DNA from: a virus
Reading direction: 5' to 3' (one strand)
DNA: 64,000 bases
Virus record (IMG/VR): IMGVR_UViG_3300050014_000823
Location: 78,773 to 142,772 of that record
Positions 45,746 to 56,038 of this stretch are shown here, piece after piece. The translations under genes were made by a program, and so were the position numbers. The notes under the pieces are model-generated. The model was given only the letters and a program-made list of their open reading frames with translations, ran no database searches and was not told where the DNA came from. The first letter of the stretch is position 1; the number at the start of each line of letters is the position of its first letter.

Positions 45746-46306
45746 TTATTGTTTGATTTTTTGCCAGATGCGCAAATGTCTTGTTTCATCCGCAAATATC
45801 TTTAAAAATCTATCATCCTTTTCACTTTCAAATTTCCAACCACATACAATTACATATGCATCAAGTTTCATATTGTCTTCAACTTTTGTTTTTAACACTT
45901 TCTGAAGTTCTTCCCGGCAAAATGGCGCATAATAATAAATTATGTCATAATCATAGTAATTATTAAAATCCCGAATATCTACATTATAAAAATTAAGTGT
46001 TGAATATATTTGTTTTGCAATACCGTACAGGACTGGATTTAATTCAATACCTTCTGCAACAAGTCCCATTTGTTCTGCAACACCACACACATTACCAACA
46101 CCACAACCAATATCTAAGAATTTTTTACCAATAAAATTTTCTTTTTTTATACGTTCACAAATTATACCAAGTGTATGAGTAATATACTCAATTGGTGTGG
46201 GACAATAATCACAACCAACGTCTTTAAGGCATGCATCAAAAGCATCAGACGAAATTCTTGTAAAATATTCGTTTATTTTATTCAATATGTAATCGTTCAT
46301 ATCCAT
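45746..46306 (-). CDS. SAM-dependent methyltransferase (class I)
   Basis: motif I FLDIGCGVGNV. Confidence 0.55.
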   Translation of the reverse strand: MDMNDYILNKINEYFTRISSDAFDACLKDVGCDYCPTPIEYITHTLGIICERIKKENFIGKKFLDIGCGVGNVCGVAEQMGLVAEGIELNPVLYGIAKQIYSTLNFYNVDIRDFNNYYDYDIIYYYAPFCREELQKVLKTKVEDNMKLDAYVIVCGWKFESEKDDRFLKIFADETRHLRIWQKIKQ

Positions 46307-46317
46307 TTTATTATATT

Positions 46318-47217
46318 TTATGCGGGTGGACTACCACCATAACTTGCTTGGTCGTATGGCGTACCACGACAGAAACTTCCATTTACTGGAGTAACACTTA
46401 ATATCTGAATTTCTGCAATTGAACTTCCACCAAAGGTAGGAATACTTGATGCAAGTGTACAAACCATCCAACAAGAAGCACCATTAATACTTGTAATACA
46501 CCAAGTACCGCTGCAAGTTTTAGTAAGGTTTGAAAGTGAACACACGCAATATTGAAAAGCACCATTATATACTGATACCATTGAACTTGTTGCTTTACCC
46601 ACATTATTACTTAAATACCATTGTAAACAAACATTATAACACTCACTACTGATTGGATTTCCTTGAATACAAGCAAGTGCGCAACAACCACCAACACCAG
46701 TATCACATGTATATATGTTCTGAAAACAAACTGGCTTATATGAAGGTGCTGCCGTAGTAGTTGTGGTTGCTGCTATTTGACAAAGACAAATATATTTAAC
46801 ATCAGCACTACAAGCATTTGGTTGTAAACTGACATTTTCGGCTCTTGCACCACCAGTATTTGCATAAACACATATTTGTGGATTAACACCTGACGGTGAC
46901 AATGTTGGAAGTGTTAAAATAGTACTCCAATATCCACCACCACTTTGATATGCATTGGCAGCTGGACCACATGCAGTAGCACATACAATTCCACCTGCAG
47001 CAGGTATGTTAACTATTGTTGTTGGTGTAACTTGAAAATTATTATATCCATACCAACAACTTGTCATATTTATTGAACCGCCTTTACCTGCGGAAGCACC
47101 TAAAGCAAGTAATGATTTAGGTCCGCTTGTATTAATACACGATGCCAAAGAAATACTACTACAGCCACCTTGCGGTGCAGATAACATTCCCATAGTACCA
47201 CTACCACACATTGACAT
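46318..47217 (-). CDS. Cys/Gly/Ser/Thr-rich structural (fibre-like) protein
   Basis: 299 aa, about 30 Cys, low complexity; adjacent to tail fibre gene. Confidence 0.4.
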   Translation of the reverse strand: MSMCGSGTMGMLSAPQGGCSSISLASCINTSGPKSLLALGASAGKGGSINMTSCWYGYNNFQVTPTTIVNIPAAGGIVCATACGPAANAYQSGGGYWSTILTLPTLSPSGVNPQICVYANTGGARAENVSLQPNACSADVKYICLCQIAATTTTTAAPSYKPVCFQNIYTCDTGVGGCCALACIQGNPISSECYNVCLQWYLSNNVGKATSSMVSVYNGAFQYCVCSLSNLTKTCSGTWCITSINGASCWMVCTLASSIPTFGGSSIAEIQILSVTPVNGSFCRGTPYDQASYGGSPPA

Positions 47218-47219
47218 AA

Positions 47220-48563
47220 TTATTCCTTATTTTTATAACAATCTAATTCCATACAAAGGCAATTGACCTTTTTATCTAACTCTTTAATTGCTTCTATAAG
47301 TACTGCAGTTATTTTATCATAGGTTATTCCTAATCTACCATCAGTAATTCCATGTAAAATATCCTTATCGTCTGGAACACCAATTGTTACTACCTCTGGG
47401 AGTACCATCTGAGTATCTTGTGCAACCAAACCAATACGATTTGTATGTGTTTCATCGTTACATTCTTCATAGTTAACACCACGTAATTGTAATACTGTTG
47501 ACAATGCATTACATATTGGCGTGATGCATGTTTTAGTTCTACAGTCTGATGTTGCAATATAGTCAATTGCACATACACATGCTAAACCACCATCAGCAAT
47601 ACCATTAGACATTCTATATGATGTAATTGCACCCGAAGAACCTCTATATGCCAAATATAACACACCACCTGCAAAACCACAACCTAATGTTACTTCATTA
47701 CCTGAAACTATATTTACTGCATTGGCACAACATGCACATGTTGCATAACCTGCTGCACCTGCACTATAACCACTTAAACAACTTGCAACTGCAACACTTT
47801 GTGTACTAATATTTGCACTTGTTATAATATCGTAAAAAGCATTCCAAGTAGTATCAATACCTTTTCTAATTCTAAGCCAAGGTGTTCCACCGCCATTTAC
47901 TGCTGTTCCACCAAAAACTAATTGATATGAAGCATCACCAGTACTTGCAGTATTGCCATCATAAGGTGTAATTGTCATTAAACCCGCATAATTACCACCA
48001 GTTCCAACACTACCAGAACTAACGAAATTCATGTGCATTGAACGTCCATTACTATTTGGACTATAATCGTTTGCACTTCTTGTACTATTATCGCAAATGC
48101 ACATAAATTGGGTATTTGCGGCAATTGCACTTACACCCAAGAAACAAGCAGGAGTACAGCCACAAAGGGCACTTGAATTACTTGCAGTTGCAGTTGCACC
48201 CAAGAAGCAGTTTGGTGTACAAGCACAAAGAGCCAAAGCATTACCTGCAGTTGTCGCACAAGTTGCTGTGGCTGTTGCACCTAAGAAACAAGCAGGGGTA
48301 CAACCACAAAGTCCTAAAGAGTTACTTGCTGTTGCAGTTGCCCCTAAGAAACAACTTGGAACACAACCACAAAGAGCCAAAGCATTGCCAGCAGTAGTTG
48401 CACAAACAGCAGTAGCACCAGTAGCAAGATATTTATTTGCCAAACAACTACCGTTTTCAATAACCTTTACAGATGTTAAACATGATACTCCACATACAGT
48501 AGTTCCTGAAAGTAGTGTAGCAGATACAGTATTTATTTTAATCGAACTTAAAAAATCTAACAT
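47220..48563 (-). CDS. tail fibre protein with C-terminal S74 intramolecular chaperone (autoproteolytic) domain and Cys-rich 21-aa repeats
   Basis: C-terminal NRIGLVAQDTQMVLPEVV...DGRLGITYDKITAVLIEAIKELD; four ALCGCxPxCFLGATATA repeats. Confidence 0.7.
   Translation of the reverse strand: MLDFLSSIKINTVSATLLSGTTVCGVSCLTSVKVIENGSCLANKYLATGATAVCATTAGNALALCGCVPSCFLGATATASNSLGLCGCTPACFLGATATATCATTAGNALALCACTPNCFLGATATASNSSALCGCTPACFLGVSAIAANTQFMCICDNSTRSANDYSPNSNGRSMHMNFVSSGSVGTGGNYAGLMTITPYDGNTASTGDASYQLVFGGTAVNGGGTPWLRIRKGIDTTWNAFYDIITSANISTQSVAVASCLSGYSAGAAGYATCACCANAVNIVSGNEVTLGCGFAGGVLYLAYRGSSGAITSYRMSNGIADGGLACVCAIDYIATSDCRTKTCITPICNALSTVLQLRGVNYEECNDETHTNRIGLVAQDTQMVLPEVVTIGVPDDKDILHGITDGRLGITYDKITAVLIEAIKELDKKVNCLCMELDCYKNKE
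48128..48413. repeat. about 63-bp coding tandem repeats (4-5 copies) inside tail fibre gene
   Basis: repeated gcaccnaagaaacaag...ccacaaag units. Confidence 0.65.
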
Positions 48564-48586
48564 AGTATTCGTTTACCTATAAATAC

Positions 48587-48621
48587 CAAAAAAAATAAAG
48601 TAAGTCGCTCGGACTTACTTT
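48587..48621 (-). terminator. rho-independent terminator
   Basis: AAAGTAAGTCgctcgGACTTACTTT with T8 on minus strand. Confidence 0.6.
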
Positions 48622-48655
48622 ATTTAATACAATTAAAATAAATGAAAACAAAAAA

Positions 48656-49435
48656 CTACATCTGCCTTAGTTCGTTCATTAGCTGTATGACAAGATTTGT
48701 TTGATTTGCGGATTGCAAAGATACTGATTCAAGTGCTTCTTCGGGATTATTAGTAACAGTTTCCCAATAGTGCTTACTGACTTCTGGAAGTGCAAGTAAT
48801 TCAACAGATTTTTTAAATCCAAGATAGTCTGCTATTAACATCAAAGGAGTATAGTCACTACCATTGAGTTTCCACACGTTAACCGTGTCGATAACCTTAG
48901 ATTCCCAAGGTTTGGCAGCCAAACATCTTTTCAAAATGAAAGGAAGTTGTTTATTCTCGAACTTATCTTTGTGTTTAATATATCGCTTGATTAATAAAGG
49001 AATATCATAACTGAGTATATTGTGTCCGCAGAAGGTCGGATAATATTGTGGATTTGATTTCGCACCCTCTGACGATAATTGGTGTAGGACATCCATGAAA
49101 GTTGCAAGTACCATAAATTCGTCTTCGTTTGCAATTTTCTTAAAGAATCTCTGTAACTTACCGTTCTCAGAATATAGACTTGCATAGGTAATTGCAACTA
49201 TTCTTGAGAACTCCGGATAGAAAATTGCCCGGTCTTGATAAACCTTCTCAGCCAAGTCCATATCTCTTTTATCAGTATCAAACTTATTCTCTGATAGATA
49301 TCCCCAACGCTCATATAGTGCGGGGTTCTTATCTTTAAGGTCATCAAGTGTGGGGTGTTCTAAAACGGCTTTAATGTTGAAAAACAGCATATCGTAGATG
49401 CTTGCTCTGTTAAAAACTTCTTCGAAAAGTTCCAT
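48656..49435 (-). CDS. hypothetical protein
   Basis: 259 aa; CGHNILSYD faintly exonuclease-like, unsupported. Confidence 0.4.
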   Translation of the reverse strand: MELFEEVFNRASIYDMLFFNIKAVLEHPTLDDLKDKNPALYERWGYLSENKFDTDKRDMDLAEKVYQDRAIFYPEFSRIVAITYASLYSENGKLQRFFKKIANEDEFMVLATFMDVLHQLSSEGAKSNPQYYPTFCGHNILSYDIPLLIKRYIKHKDKFENKQLPFILKRCLAAKPWESKVIDTVNVWKLNGSDYTPLMLIADYLGFKKSVELLALPEVSKHYWETVTNNPEEALESVSLQSANQTNLVIQLMNELRQM

Positions 49436-49500
49436 AGTTAATAATGAATTAGATATTTATATGCAAATATAGTGTATTTATGTGAAAAAGCAAGGATATT

Positions 49501-49959
49501 ATGGAAATAAAAATGCATGAACACAACTTTCGTAGAATGTTTTTTGATATTCTCAGAGATACCAATACTGCAAAGTACAGTATGACTAAGTTTGCAGCTT
49601 TAGTTGGCTTCATATTATTGACTGCAACAATCATTGTTGGTTTAGTTATAATGTGTCAAAAGGGAGAAATTGACCACGTATTCATTGTCGAATTAATCGG
49701 TTTTGTATTAACATTATTAGGTTTCAAAAATAGTTTTGGGTTTAAAGGTAATGGACAGACAATTACCACTAACGGTAATAATGATAATAACAGTGCAATT
49801 ACCAATGAAGACACTAAAGGTAGAATGGGTGATGGTCAACATGACGAAGACACTAAAGGTAGAATGGGTGATGGTCAACATGACGAAGACAGTATGGTGT
49901 GTACAACTGTAAATCCTAAAGAACAAGCGGATTTTGTAAACGACACTCTTAAAGGTTAA
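49501..49959 (+). CDS. membrane protein with duplicated DTKGRMGDGQHDE repeat
   Basis: 2 TM; exact 39-nt tandem duplication 49807-49884. Confidence 0.45.
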   Translation: MEIKMHEHNFRRMFFDILRDTNTAKYSMTKFAALVGFILLTATIIVGLVIMCQKGEIDHVFIVELIGFVLTLLGFKNSFGFKGNGQTITTNGNNDNNSAITNEDTKGRMGDGQHDEDTKGRMGDGQHDEDSMVCTTVNPKEQADFVNDTLKG

Positions 49960-50290
49960 AGATAAAATGAACTGCTTTACGTAATGGACGTTTACTGCGA
50001 ATTTCATCGTAGATGTCCTTTACGTCTTCAAGTGAATAACTTGTGAGTTGACTTTTAATGTGGATTTTTGAATGTCTGAGGATGTATCTGATATACTTCT
50101 TTTTTTCTTTTTCTTTCCTCGTTTTTTTCGCCTCTACTTCGGCAAGTAGGTCCTCACCGATTTCCATGAAATCATTAGCAGATTTGTTTTTGTTTCTTTT
50201 GGTGTTATCTTCCATGAAGATAGTAAACGACTTAATATCTACACCCTCATCGTCAGAATCAATGGATAATATCTTCTTATCGACTTCCAT
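49949..50290 (-). CDS. hypothetical Lys-rich protein
   Basis: 113 aa. Confidence 0.4.
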   Translation of the reverse strand: MEVDKKILSIDSDDEGVDIKSFTIFMEDNTKRNKNKSANDFMEIGEDLLAEVEAKKTRKEKEKKKYIRYILRHSKIHIKSQLTSYSLEDVKDIYDEIRSKRPLRKAVHFIFNL

Positions 50291-50296
50291 AAGAAA

Positions 50297-50812
50297 TTAT
50301 TCCGGCAAATCCTCTAATTTTGAGCCATACATGTCTCTATTGCTTGTATCACCACTGACAACTGGAACTTTTGGAGTTCTTTTCCTTCTCTCTTTCTTTG
50401 TTGCAGCCAAGCCATTAACAAAATTATCGTTGAGTTTTCTAAACGAATTTTCTTTCAGTTCATCCAACTCCTTGAAAAATTCTCTTGCTTTTGTTTCAAG
50501 ACCGCTTTTCATATCTTCCATCTGTTGCTTGAATTCCAATTCCTTTTCGGCAATTCTCTGATTGGTGTTGATAATTATTTCAACAAAAAGCACCAAGTCG
50601 TCTGCAACAACATTCTGATTTTTCGGAGAGATTTTAAGCAACTTACCAAGGTCGTTCTCACTAAGTACTTCAATTGAAATTTCTTCGTTCTCATCGAACA
50701 CCCAATTTTTAGGTATTGCAATCTCCATTTCGTACCAACCCTCTTGTGGATTTCTGTAAAGCGACTTCATATAACCTGTAATAGGTGCTAATATTGATTC
50801 TATTTCTTTCAT
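50297..50812 (-). CDS. hypothetical protein
   Basis: 171 aa. Confidence 0.45.
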   Translation of the reverse strand: MKEIESILAPITGYMKSLYRNPQEGWYEMEIAIPKNWVFDENEEISIEVLSENDLGKLLKISPKNQNVVADDLVLFVEIIINTNQRIAEKELEFKQQMEDMKSGLETKAREFFKELDELKENSFRKLNDNFVNGLAATKKERRKRTPKVPVVSGDTSNRDMYGSKLEDLPE

Positions 50813-50815
50813 CTG

Positions 50816-51010
50816 CTATATTAAATATGATAAAAATACCGACAAAGATATCCATAGCATTATCTTCTCAAAAGAAGTGAGAACAAAATGCGTGTCTTTG
50901 TTTAATTTAAACCTTCCATACATTTTTATGACTAAATCACCTACGATGTATGCCATAAAAATGCTGGAAGATATAAATAGAAACTGATATAATTCAGTTA
51001 GTACTGTCAT
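50816..51010 (-). CDS. small membrane protein
   Basis: 64 aa. Confidence 0.35.
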   Translation of the reverse strand: MTVLTELYQFLFISSSIFMAYIVGDLVIKMYGRFKLNKDTHFVLTSFEKIMLWISLSVFLSYLI

Positions 51011-51013
51011 TTC

Positions 51014-51301
51014 TTATTCTCCGTGAGTTTGTCCCGGATGTACCTGTCCCTGTGGAGCGTTAACTACCGGACCTGTAGGTGCTGTAGTAGGAGCTGCTGC
51101 AGGTGCTGGTTCCTGGAAATACTGTTCAGCAAGACCAAGACTTGCATTAATTAATGCGATTTCATTGAGTTTTTGCTGCATATCACTGATTTTGAAAAGA
51201 TAATTGCAGTTAGGGTCTTGTGCGAGACGCACTAATTCGATTTCAGCGTAATACTTGTCGGTCCTCAGTTTATTTAAGAGGTCGAGTTTTAAATTTGCCA
51301 T
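51014..51301 (-). CDS. hypothetical protein with Pro/Ala-rich C-terminus
   Basis: start at MANLKLDL. Confidence 0.4.
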   Translation of the reverse strand: MANLKLDLLNKLRTDKYYAEIELVRLAQDPNCNYLFKISDMQQKLNEIALINASLGLAEQYFQEPAPAAAPTTAPTGPVVNAPQGQVHPGQTHGE

Positions 51302-51376
51302 TTTTGATTCTGGTTTAAATAATATTATTTTTATGCACGTAAAAGTACATAAAGTAAATACTATATGCAAGGATTT

Positions 51377-51799
51377 TTATACGATTTCCAAGATATTTTT
51401 CTCTTGATTTACAGAAGTATCGAAGATATTATACAATTCTATCATGGTATTCATAACATTTTTGTTCTTGTTGGGTGTAATATCGAAAATGTTTCGCCAA
51501 AACTTTTCATAATAATCAAGTGTGATATTCTGATTTTCTCTCTTAAAATATTGGTGGTAGAAAAAGTCGTAGAAATACGCTCTCAGTGGCTCATTAACAC
51601 TAAAGTCAAGACCTTCCCTTTTAAATTCATCGCAAACCTTATTAAAACACCACCTAAAATAATTATGTATGTCTGAATCTTGAGATAAAACTTCTGAGCC
51701 AAGATAATAAGCATAAATATAATTAAGCAGGTTGATAGTAAAGTCTTTGTAAATTTCAACCCTGTCTTTGATTATAATATATTTTTGTGTTGCTGACAT
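51377..51799 (-). CDS. hypothetical protein
   Basis: 140 aa. Confidence 0.45.
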   Translation of the reverse strand: MSATQKYIIIKDRVEIYKDFTINLLNYIYAYYLGSEVLSQDSDIHNYFRWCFNKVCDEFKREGLDFSVNEPLRAYFYDFFYHQYFKRENQNITLDYYEKFWRNIFDITPNKNKNVMNTMIELYNIFDTSVNQEKNILEIV

Positions 51800-51800
51800 A

Positions 51801-52523
51801 TTAAAATGTATCGAAATAATCTTTATGCATTATGTTTAAATCAATGTCACCAATATAGCCATTGACTTGCCCCTTCTCAGTAAACTGCCAGATTTTCCAT
51901 TCGGTCCAACCATTTGGAACTACAGGTAAGCTACCTTCGGGATTATTCAAGTAAGCTGCAATCCATAGTGGATATGTGCCGAAAATCGGACTTGAATTAG
52001 TATCTAAGAAACTCTTATATGAATAAATTAAAACATCAACATTATGTTCTTTCAGTTTTTCTATGAAAGTCTTGATAAACCTATTCATGTGGTCAACTTT
52101 GTTATCCCAGATAACCGTAGACGAATATGCTTCAACGTCAAATGCTAACGGAAATTCAACTTTTGGCAGGTAGGCAATATGACCTAAGACATTCTGTGCT
52201 TCTTCATTGGCATCGTCTTCAGGAACACCGACATTTCCTGGTCGTGCAAAGTGATAGTAGCCGACCTTAACACCGTTCTTCTGTGCTGAAAGAACTCTTG
52301 CCTTTAAATTATAAAGATTGTCTTCATGTCCGGTTGTACCTTCTGTGACTTTTACAAAAGCAAACTCAATTCCAGCAGCTTTGGCAAGACCCCAATTAAT
52401 GTCTGTTTGGTATTTAGAACAGTCTAAACCCAACACACAGTTTAAGTTCTGCAGTCTTTGTTGTGATATCGTTGCTACCATAATACTTTTTCTAATAAAT
52501 ACTATCTTATTCGGATAACGCAA
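51801..52523 (-). CDS. GH25 muramidase (endolysin candidate)
   Basis: GLDCSKYQ...INW...GIEFAFVKVTEG...GYYHF...DIDLN. Confidence 0.65.
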   Translation of the reverse strand: MRYPNKIVFIRKSIMVATISQQRLQNLNCVLGLDCSKYQTDINWGLAKAAGIEFAFVKVTEGTTGHEDNLYNLKARVLSAQKNGVKVGYYHFARPGNVGVPEDDANEEAQNVLGHIAYLPKVEFPLAFDVEAYSSTVIWDNKVDHMNRFIKTFIEKLKEHNVDVLIYSYKSFLDTNSSPIFGTYPLWIAAYLNNPEGSLPVVPNGWTEWKIWQFTEKGQVNGYIGDIDLNIMHKDYFDTF

Positions 52524-52556
52524 TAAAAAAAGGGACAGTGTATTAACATTGTCCCT
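52524..52556 (-). terminator. rho-independent terminator
   Basis: AGGGACAgtgtattaacatTGTCCCT with T7 on minus strand. Confidence 0.6.
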
Positions 52557-52580
52557 TCTAATAAATTCTTCTAATATCTT

Positions 52581-52952
52581 CTAATAATATACTGACACTA
52601 AAGCATCATACTCGTCTCGTGTAATGCCAAGTTCTTTTCTGATTTGTCTGATTCTCCAATTGTTTAAAAATACTGCTGAGAATAAGTACAGCACTAATAC
52701 TGCCAATAGTATTGAGTATGGAATAACGAATAAACCAACAATTTTGTTAGATAAATTCAGTATTGCTGCAATCATTCCAAGGAGAAATAATCCACCGAGA
52801 ACACCCACAACTGTCTTTTTAACACCAAAATCTTTCATTTCGGTTTCCTTTGAGAAGTACTTGTATGCGAACCTAATCCAGCCATTTGGCAGATGATTGT
52901 CGTATGCCAAGTCGAATTGTTCTTTAGATATTCTATCGGTTATGTTTGTCAT
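52581..52952 (-). CDS. two-TM membrane protein, holin candidate
   Basis: 123 aa, immediately upstream of lysozyme gene. Confidence 0.4.
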   Translation of the reverse strand: MTNITDRISKEQFDLAYDNHLPNGWIRFAYKYFSKETEMKDFGVKKTVVGVLGGLFLLGMIAAILNLSNKIVGLFVIPYSILLAVLVLYLFSAVFLNNWRIRQIRKELGITRDEYDALVSVYY

Positions 52953-55720
52953 TATAGTATTTTACTCTGTTTAACAAATGTAGCGGTATTATAGCCAACA
53001 AGATGTTTCATCTTGTTCATCTGCTCGTTAACCACTGGTTTAGCAACTTCTTTAGACTCGTTGATGCTCTTAGCTGGTGTTTTAAACACGAATACTTCAA
53101 CACCGTTTGTATAGAATTTCTTACCTTCCATTGCTTTAACAACGTTTTCGTTCACACTAACCTTTTGAGTATATGTGTTACCGAGACCATCAAAACTCAA
53201 ATCGCAAAGGAATTCAGCAGGTTTATCTGTTTTAAGTTCCCATACTTCGTTTAAGTTGAAGTCAATGATTTTTCTCTTGCCGAGATAATCACGATATTTA
53301 GCTGTTACCATACCTTCTTTAAGACCTTCACGTTCATTCCAACCAGATTGTTCTTTGTTGAATTGTACCTTGTCAGATGTAGTATCTTCCACTGGCTGTG
53401 GGTCTTTATTGTACATCGGTGCTTTAGCACGGAAAGCAAGTTTATCTTGTCTCTGTTTGTAAAGTTTGTCACCCATGTCAGCCTTCATACGGTCTTCGAA
53501 ACGTTTTCCAACTTCGTTATCATAAACAAAGTCGCCAAGTCCAAGACGATAAAGATTTACTTCATCCTGTTCTTCCTTGCTGAGATTACGCTTTGGAATT
53601 TCGTCACCTGCATCATTGGCACTGTCACCAACGTTTTTAAGTGCTTCCCCGGATTTTGCATCAGTTGCTTTGATTTCACCCTTCTCAAGTTTTTCACCCA
53701 ACTCATATGGATTCTTACCTACTTCAGTCTGTTGGTCTTTCCATTGAAGTTCTTTTTCAACGTCAATAACTTCTTTAGTTCCACTGTGTTGTAGGTCTTT
53801 CTTGAAATTTTTCTCATTGTCGTTACCTAAACGGTCTTTGAGTATTAATGCTGACGGTCTTCTATCTTCTGTCATTTTCTTTAATTTATCTTGGTGAATT
53901 GAAAATGCTTTCAACTCGTTATTTAGTTCTTCCAATAGGTTGAATGATTCACTCATGCTACCACCACCAGATGACCTTGCACCCATGTCCATATTGCCGC
54001 TTTGCGTACCAATTGGCTGTGGTTTATTTGCCATAGTGTCAGGACTGTCACCAATCATAGTCTGTGATTCTTCTTTGAGTTTAGGTTTAACCTTCTCTGG
54101 TAAACCTTTATGCTTAGTAGACGCAAAATCTTCTGCATCTTTTGGCTTCATTGACTTTGCTGTATCAGCAACATCACCACCAACTTTATCGGGACTAAGT
54201 TCGCCTTTTTGTACGGCATGAACCATACCCATGAATTTTTGCTGTTTCTTAGAAACGGCTTTTTCGTCTATGTTTTTATTCTCTTCCATTGAATTTAAGT
54301 TAGCTTTGTCAGGGTCACCTGTTTTTATTGTATTCATTTCAGTACCAGCATCTTTATTGTTCCAATGTTTTACTGTATCGCTTGTGAATGCTGATGTGTC
54401 GTTAATGATTGTGTTATCTTCTTTACCCCTATTTTCTTTTATTTTACCTGAAATTCCATCTGTAGGTAAATTAGGATTTTCGGGATGAGGGAAATATGAA
54501 TGTTCTTTTGTCATGTCATTGTTTAAAATTTTAACGTCATCGTCTCTCATTTTATCAACGTCTTGACCAATATACAGAGAAGTATTGTTGTCAATACCTG
54601 CTTTTAATTTTTCACGTTTAGGTGATTGAGGTACTTCACTAACGCCCAATCCTTTATTACTGCTTGTATGATTCTTATTATAGTCATCACTCAATTTTTC
54701 TTGATAGGACAAATCAGCCTCATTAAGACTGTTGAAGAAATCTTCGAAACCTTCTGTTTCGATAAGATAATTCTTATTTTCCTGTATAATTGTACCACCT
54801 TTTATCATTGGTGTTGTTTTTACTTTAGCCTTGCCTTTGGTTTTCATTAGGTCACCACTACCCCACATTGCAGGTCCAACATATGCACCTGATGATGCAC
54901 TGCCTGTTGTTTCACTAAGAATCTTACCGTCTCTGTCAATTATGTCAGCATTTCCGTGGTCGGAGATAAACCAAATGTTTGGATAAAAATTGTTTGCTTC
55001 TTGCCAATCAACAACTGCTTTCATAGCATCTTCCCATTCAACAAATTTGTTAATGTATTTTCCACCACAACTTACAGAATATATGTTGCCGTTTGAACTT
55101 ATAACACAATCATCCTCTTCAGGTTGAGTTGGTTGTTGTTCTTCAGGTTCTTCGAATTCTACCTCATCTACCTTTTTAGCATAGCCTAAAGGTGCTGTAT
55201 ATTGACCAGAGCCACTGAATGCTCCACCACCACCTGCACCACCAGTGCCTGTGGTTTCATCCACGCCAATCTCTTGAATTGGTTTTGGTTTTTTGGGTTC
55301 GAGATTTCTTGTTTGCATATCTTCTCCTGCATGTTTTAATTGATTTATACCACTTTTGTCCCTACGTTTTTTCTCTTTCGGAACTGCTTGTTTGTATTTC
55401 TGTAGATACTTTGGACTATTAAGAACATAATCATTAAAAAGCATATTCATAATAGTTTCATTGTAATGATAACCATATTTTTCCTCACCGTTCTCAGACA
55501 TTTCCTCATAAATGGCTGCAAGTTTAGGGTCACCGAAAACCAACGCTTCCATCTTAGCAAGACTGAAAATCTTTTTCTTTAAAGACTGTTCTGCTTCGCC
55601 CAACATGCCGTCAATCTCATTTAAATTAGCAACACCCTTTGTATCAAATGTTCTCTGATAACCCTTAGATAAGTCGTTAACGGGTTTACTTAATGTCGGT
55701 TTAATATTTGTTTCTGCCAT
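52952..55720 (-). CDS. large low-complexity virion/internal protein
   Basis: 922 aa, Gly-rich GTGGAGGGGAFSGSG, highly charged. Confidence 0.5.
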   Translation of the reverse strand: MAETNIKPTLSKPVNDLSKGYQRTFDTKGVANLNEIDGMLGEAEQSLKKKIFSLAKMEALVFGDPKLAAIYEEMSENGEEKYGYHYNETIMNMLFNDYVLNSPKYLQKYKQAVPKEKKRRDKSGINQLKHAGEDMQTRNLEPKKPKPIQEIGVDETTGTGGAGGGGAFSGSGQYTAPLGYAKKVDEVEFEEPEEQQPTQPEEDDCVISSNGNIYSVSCGGKYINKFVEWEDAMKAVVDWQEANNFYPNIWFISDHGNADIIDRDGKILSETTGSASSGAYVGPAMWGSGDLMKTKGKAKVKTTPMIKGGTIIQENKNYLIETEGFEDFFNSLNEADLSYQEKLSDDYNKNHTSSNKGLGVSEVPQSPKREKLKAGIDNNTSLYIGQDVDKMRDDDVKILNNDMTKEHSYFPHPENPNLPTDGISGKIKENRGKEDNTIINDTSAFTSDTVKHWNNKDAGTEMNTIKTGDPDKANLNSMEENKNIDEKAVSKKQQKFMGMVHAVQKGELSPDKVGGDVADTAKSMKPKDAEDFASTKHKGLPEKVKPKLKEESQTMIGDSPDTMANKPQPIGTQSGNMDMGARSSGGGSMSESFNLLEELNNELKAFSIHQDKLKKMTEDRRPSALILKDRLGNDNEKNFKKDLQHSGTKEVIDVEKELQWKDQQTEVGKNPYELGEKLEKGEIKATDAKSGEALKNVGDSANDAGDEIPKRNLSKEEQDEVNLYRLGLGDFVYDNEVGKRFEDRMKADMGDKLYKQRQDKLAFRAKAPMYNKDPQPVEDTTSDKVQFNKEQSGWNEREGLKEGMVTAKYRDYLGKRKIIDFNLNEVWELKTDKPAEFLCDLSFDGLGNTYTQKVSVNENVVKAMEGKKFYTNGVEVFVFKTPAKSINESKEVAKPVVNEQMNKMKHLVGYNTATFVKQSKIL

Positions 55721-55721
55721 C

Positions 55722-55928
55722 TTATTTAATGTCTGATTTCCAAAAATCTCTTTTCTGCCACAATACCTTATAAACGGCTTCCATTGAGTTCTTTATCGTC
55801 TGAATAAGTTCGTCTCTCGTAGCACTATTATTGCTATGAAGAACTTTTTTCATTTCTTTATCGAGCATGTCACCAACGAATTTCTTAATCTCGTCATTAA
55901 CAATTGCTTTAACCTCAGTCTTATCCAT
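55722..55928 (-). CDS. hypothetical small protein
   Basis: 68 aa. Confidence 0.35.
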   Translation of the reverse strand: MDKTEVKAIVNDEIKKFVGDMLDKEMKKVLHSNNSATRDELIQTIKNSMEAVYKVLWQKRDFWKSDIK

Positions 55929-56038
55929 TTTATAATTACCAGTTGTTTATAAATACTTGACTAATACAAAAAGAACGCACATTACAATAATGTGCGTTCC
56001 ATAGAAATATTAATGTGTCCTCCACTTCAGGGAGTATA

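Noticed and set aside
48097-48582. 161-aa and 93-aa plus-strand ORFs with AVAPKKQ repeats
   Set aside because: Antisense to the tail fibre gene and generated by its coding tandem repeats; spurious. The repeats are also not CRISPR: no unique spacers and they lie inside a CDS.
48656-49435. DEDD exonuclease call for the 259-aa protein (CGHNILSYD)
   Set aside because: No clear Exo I D-x-E motif at the N-terminus, so not supported.
53003-55422. Multiple 60-150-aa plus-strand ORFs (53003-53254, 53348-53794, 53940-54221, 54231-54488, 54626-54850, 55219-55422)
   Set aside because: All antisense within the 922-aa virion protein gene, with hydrophobic low-complexity translations typical of antisense frames in AT-rich DNA.
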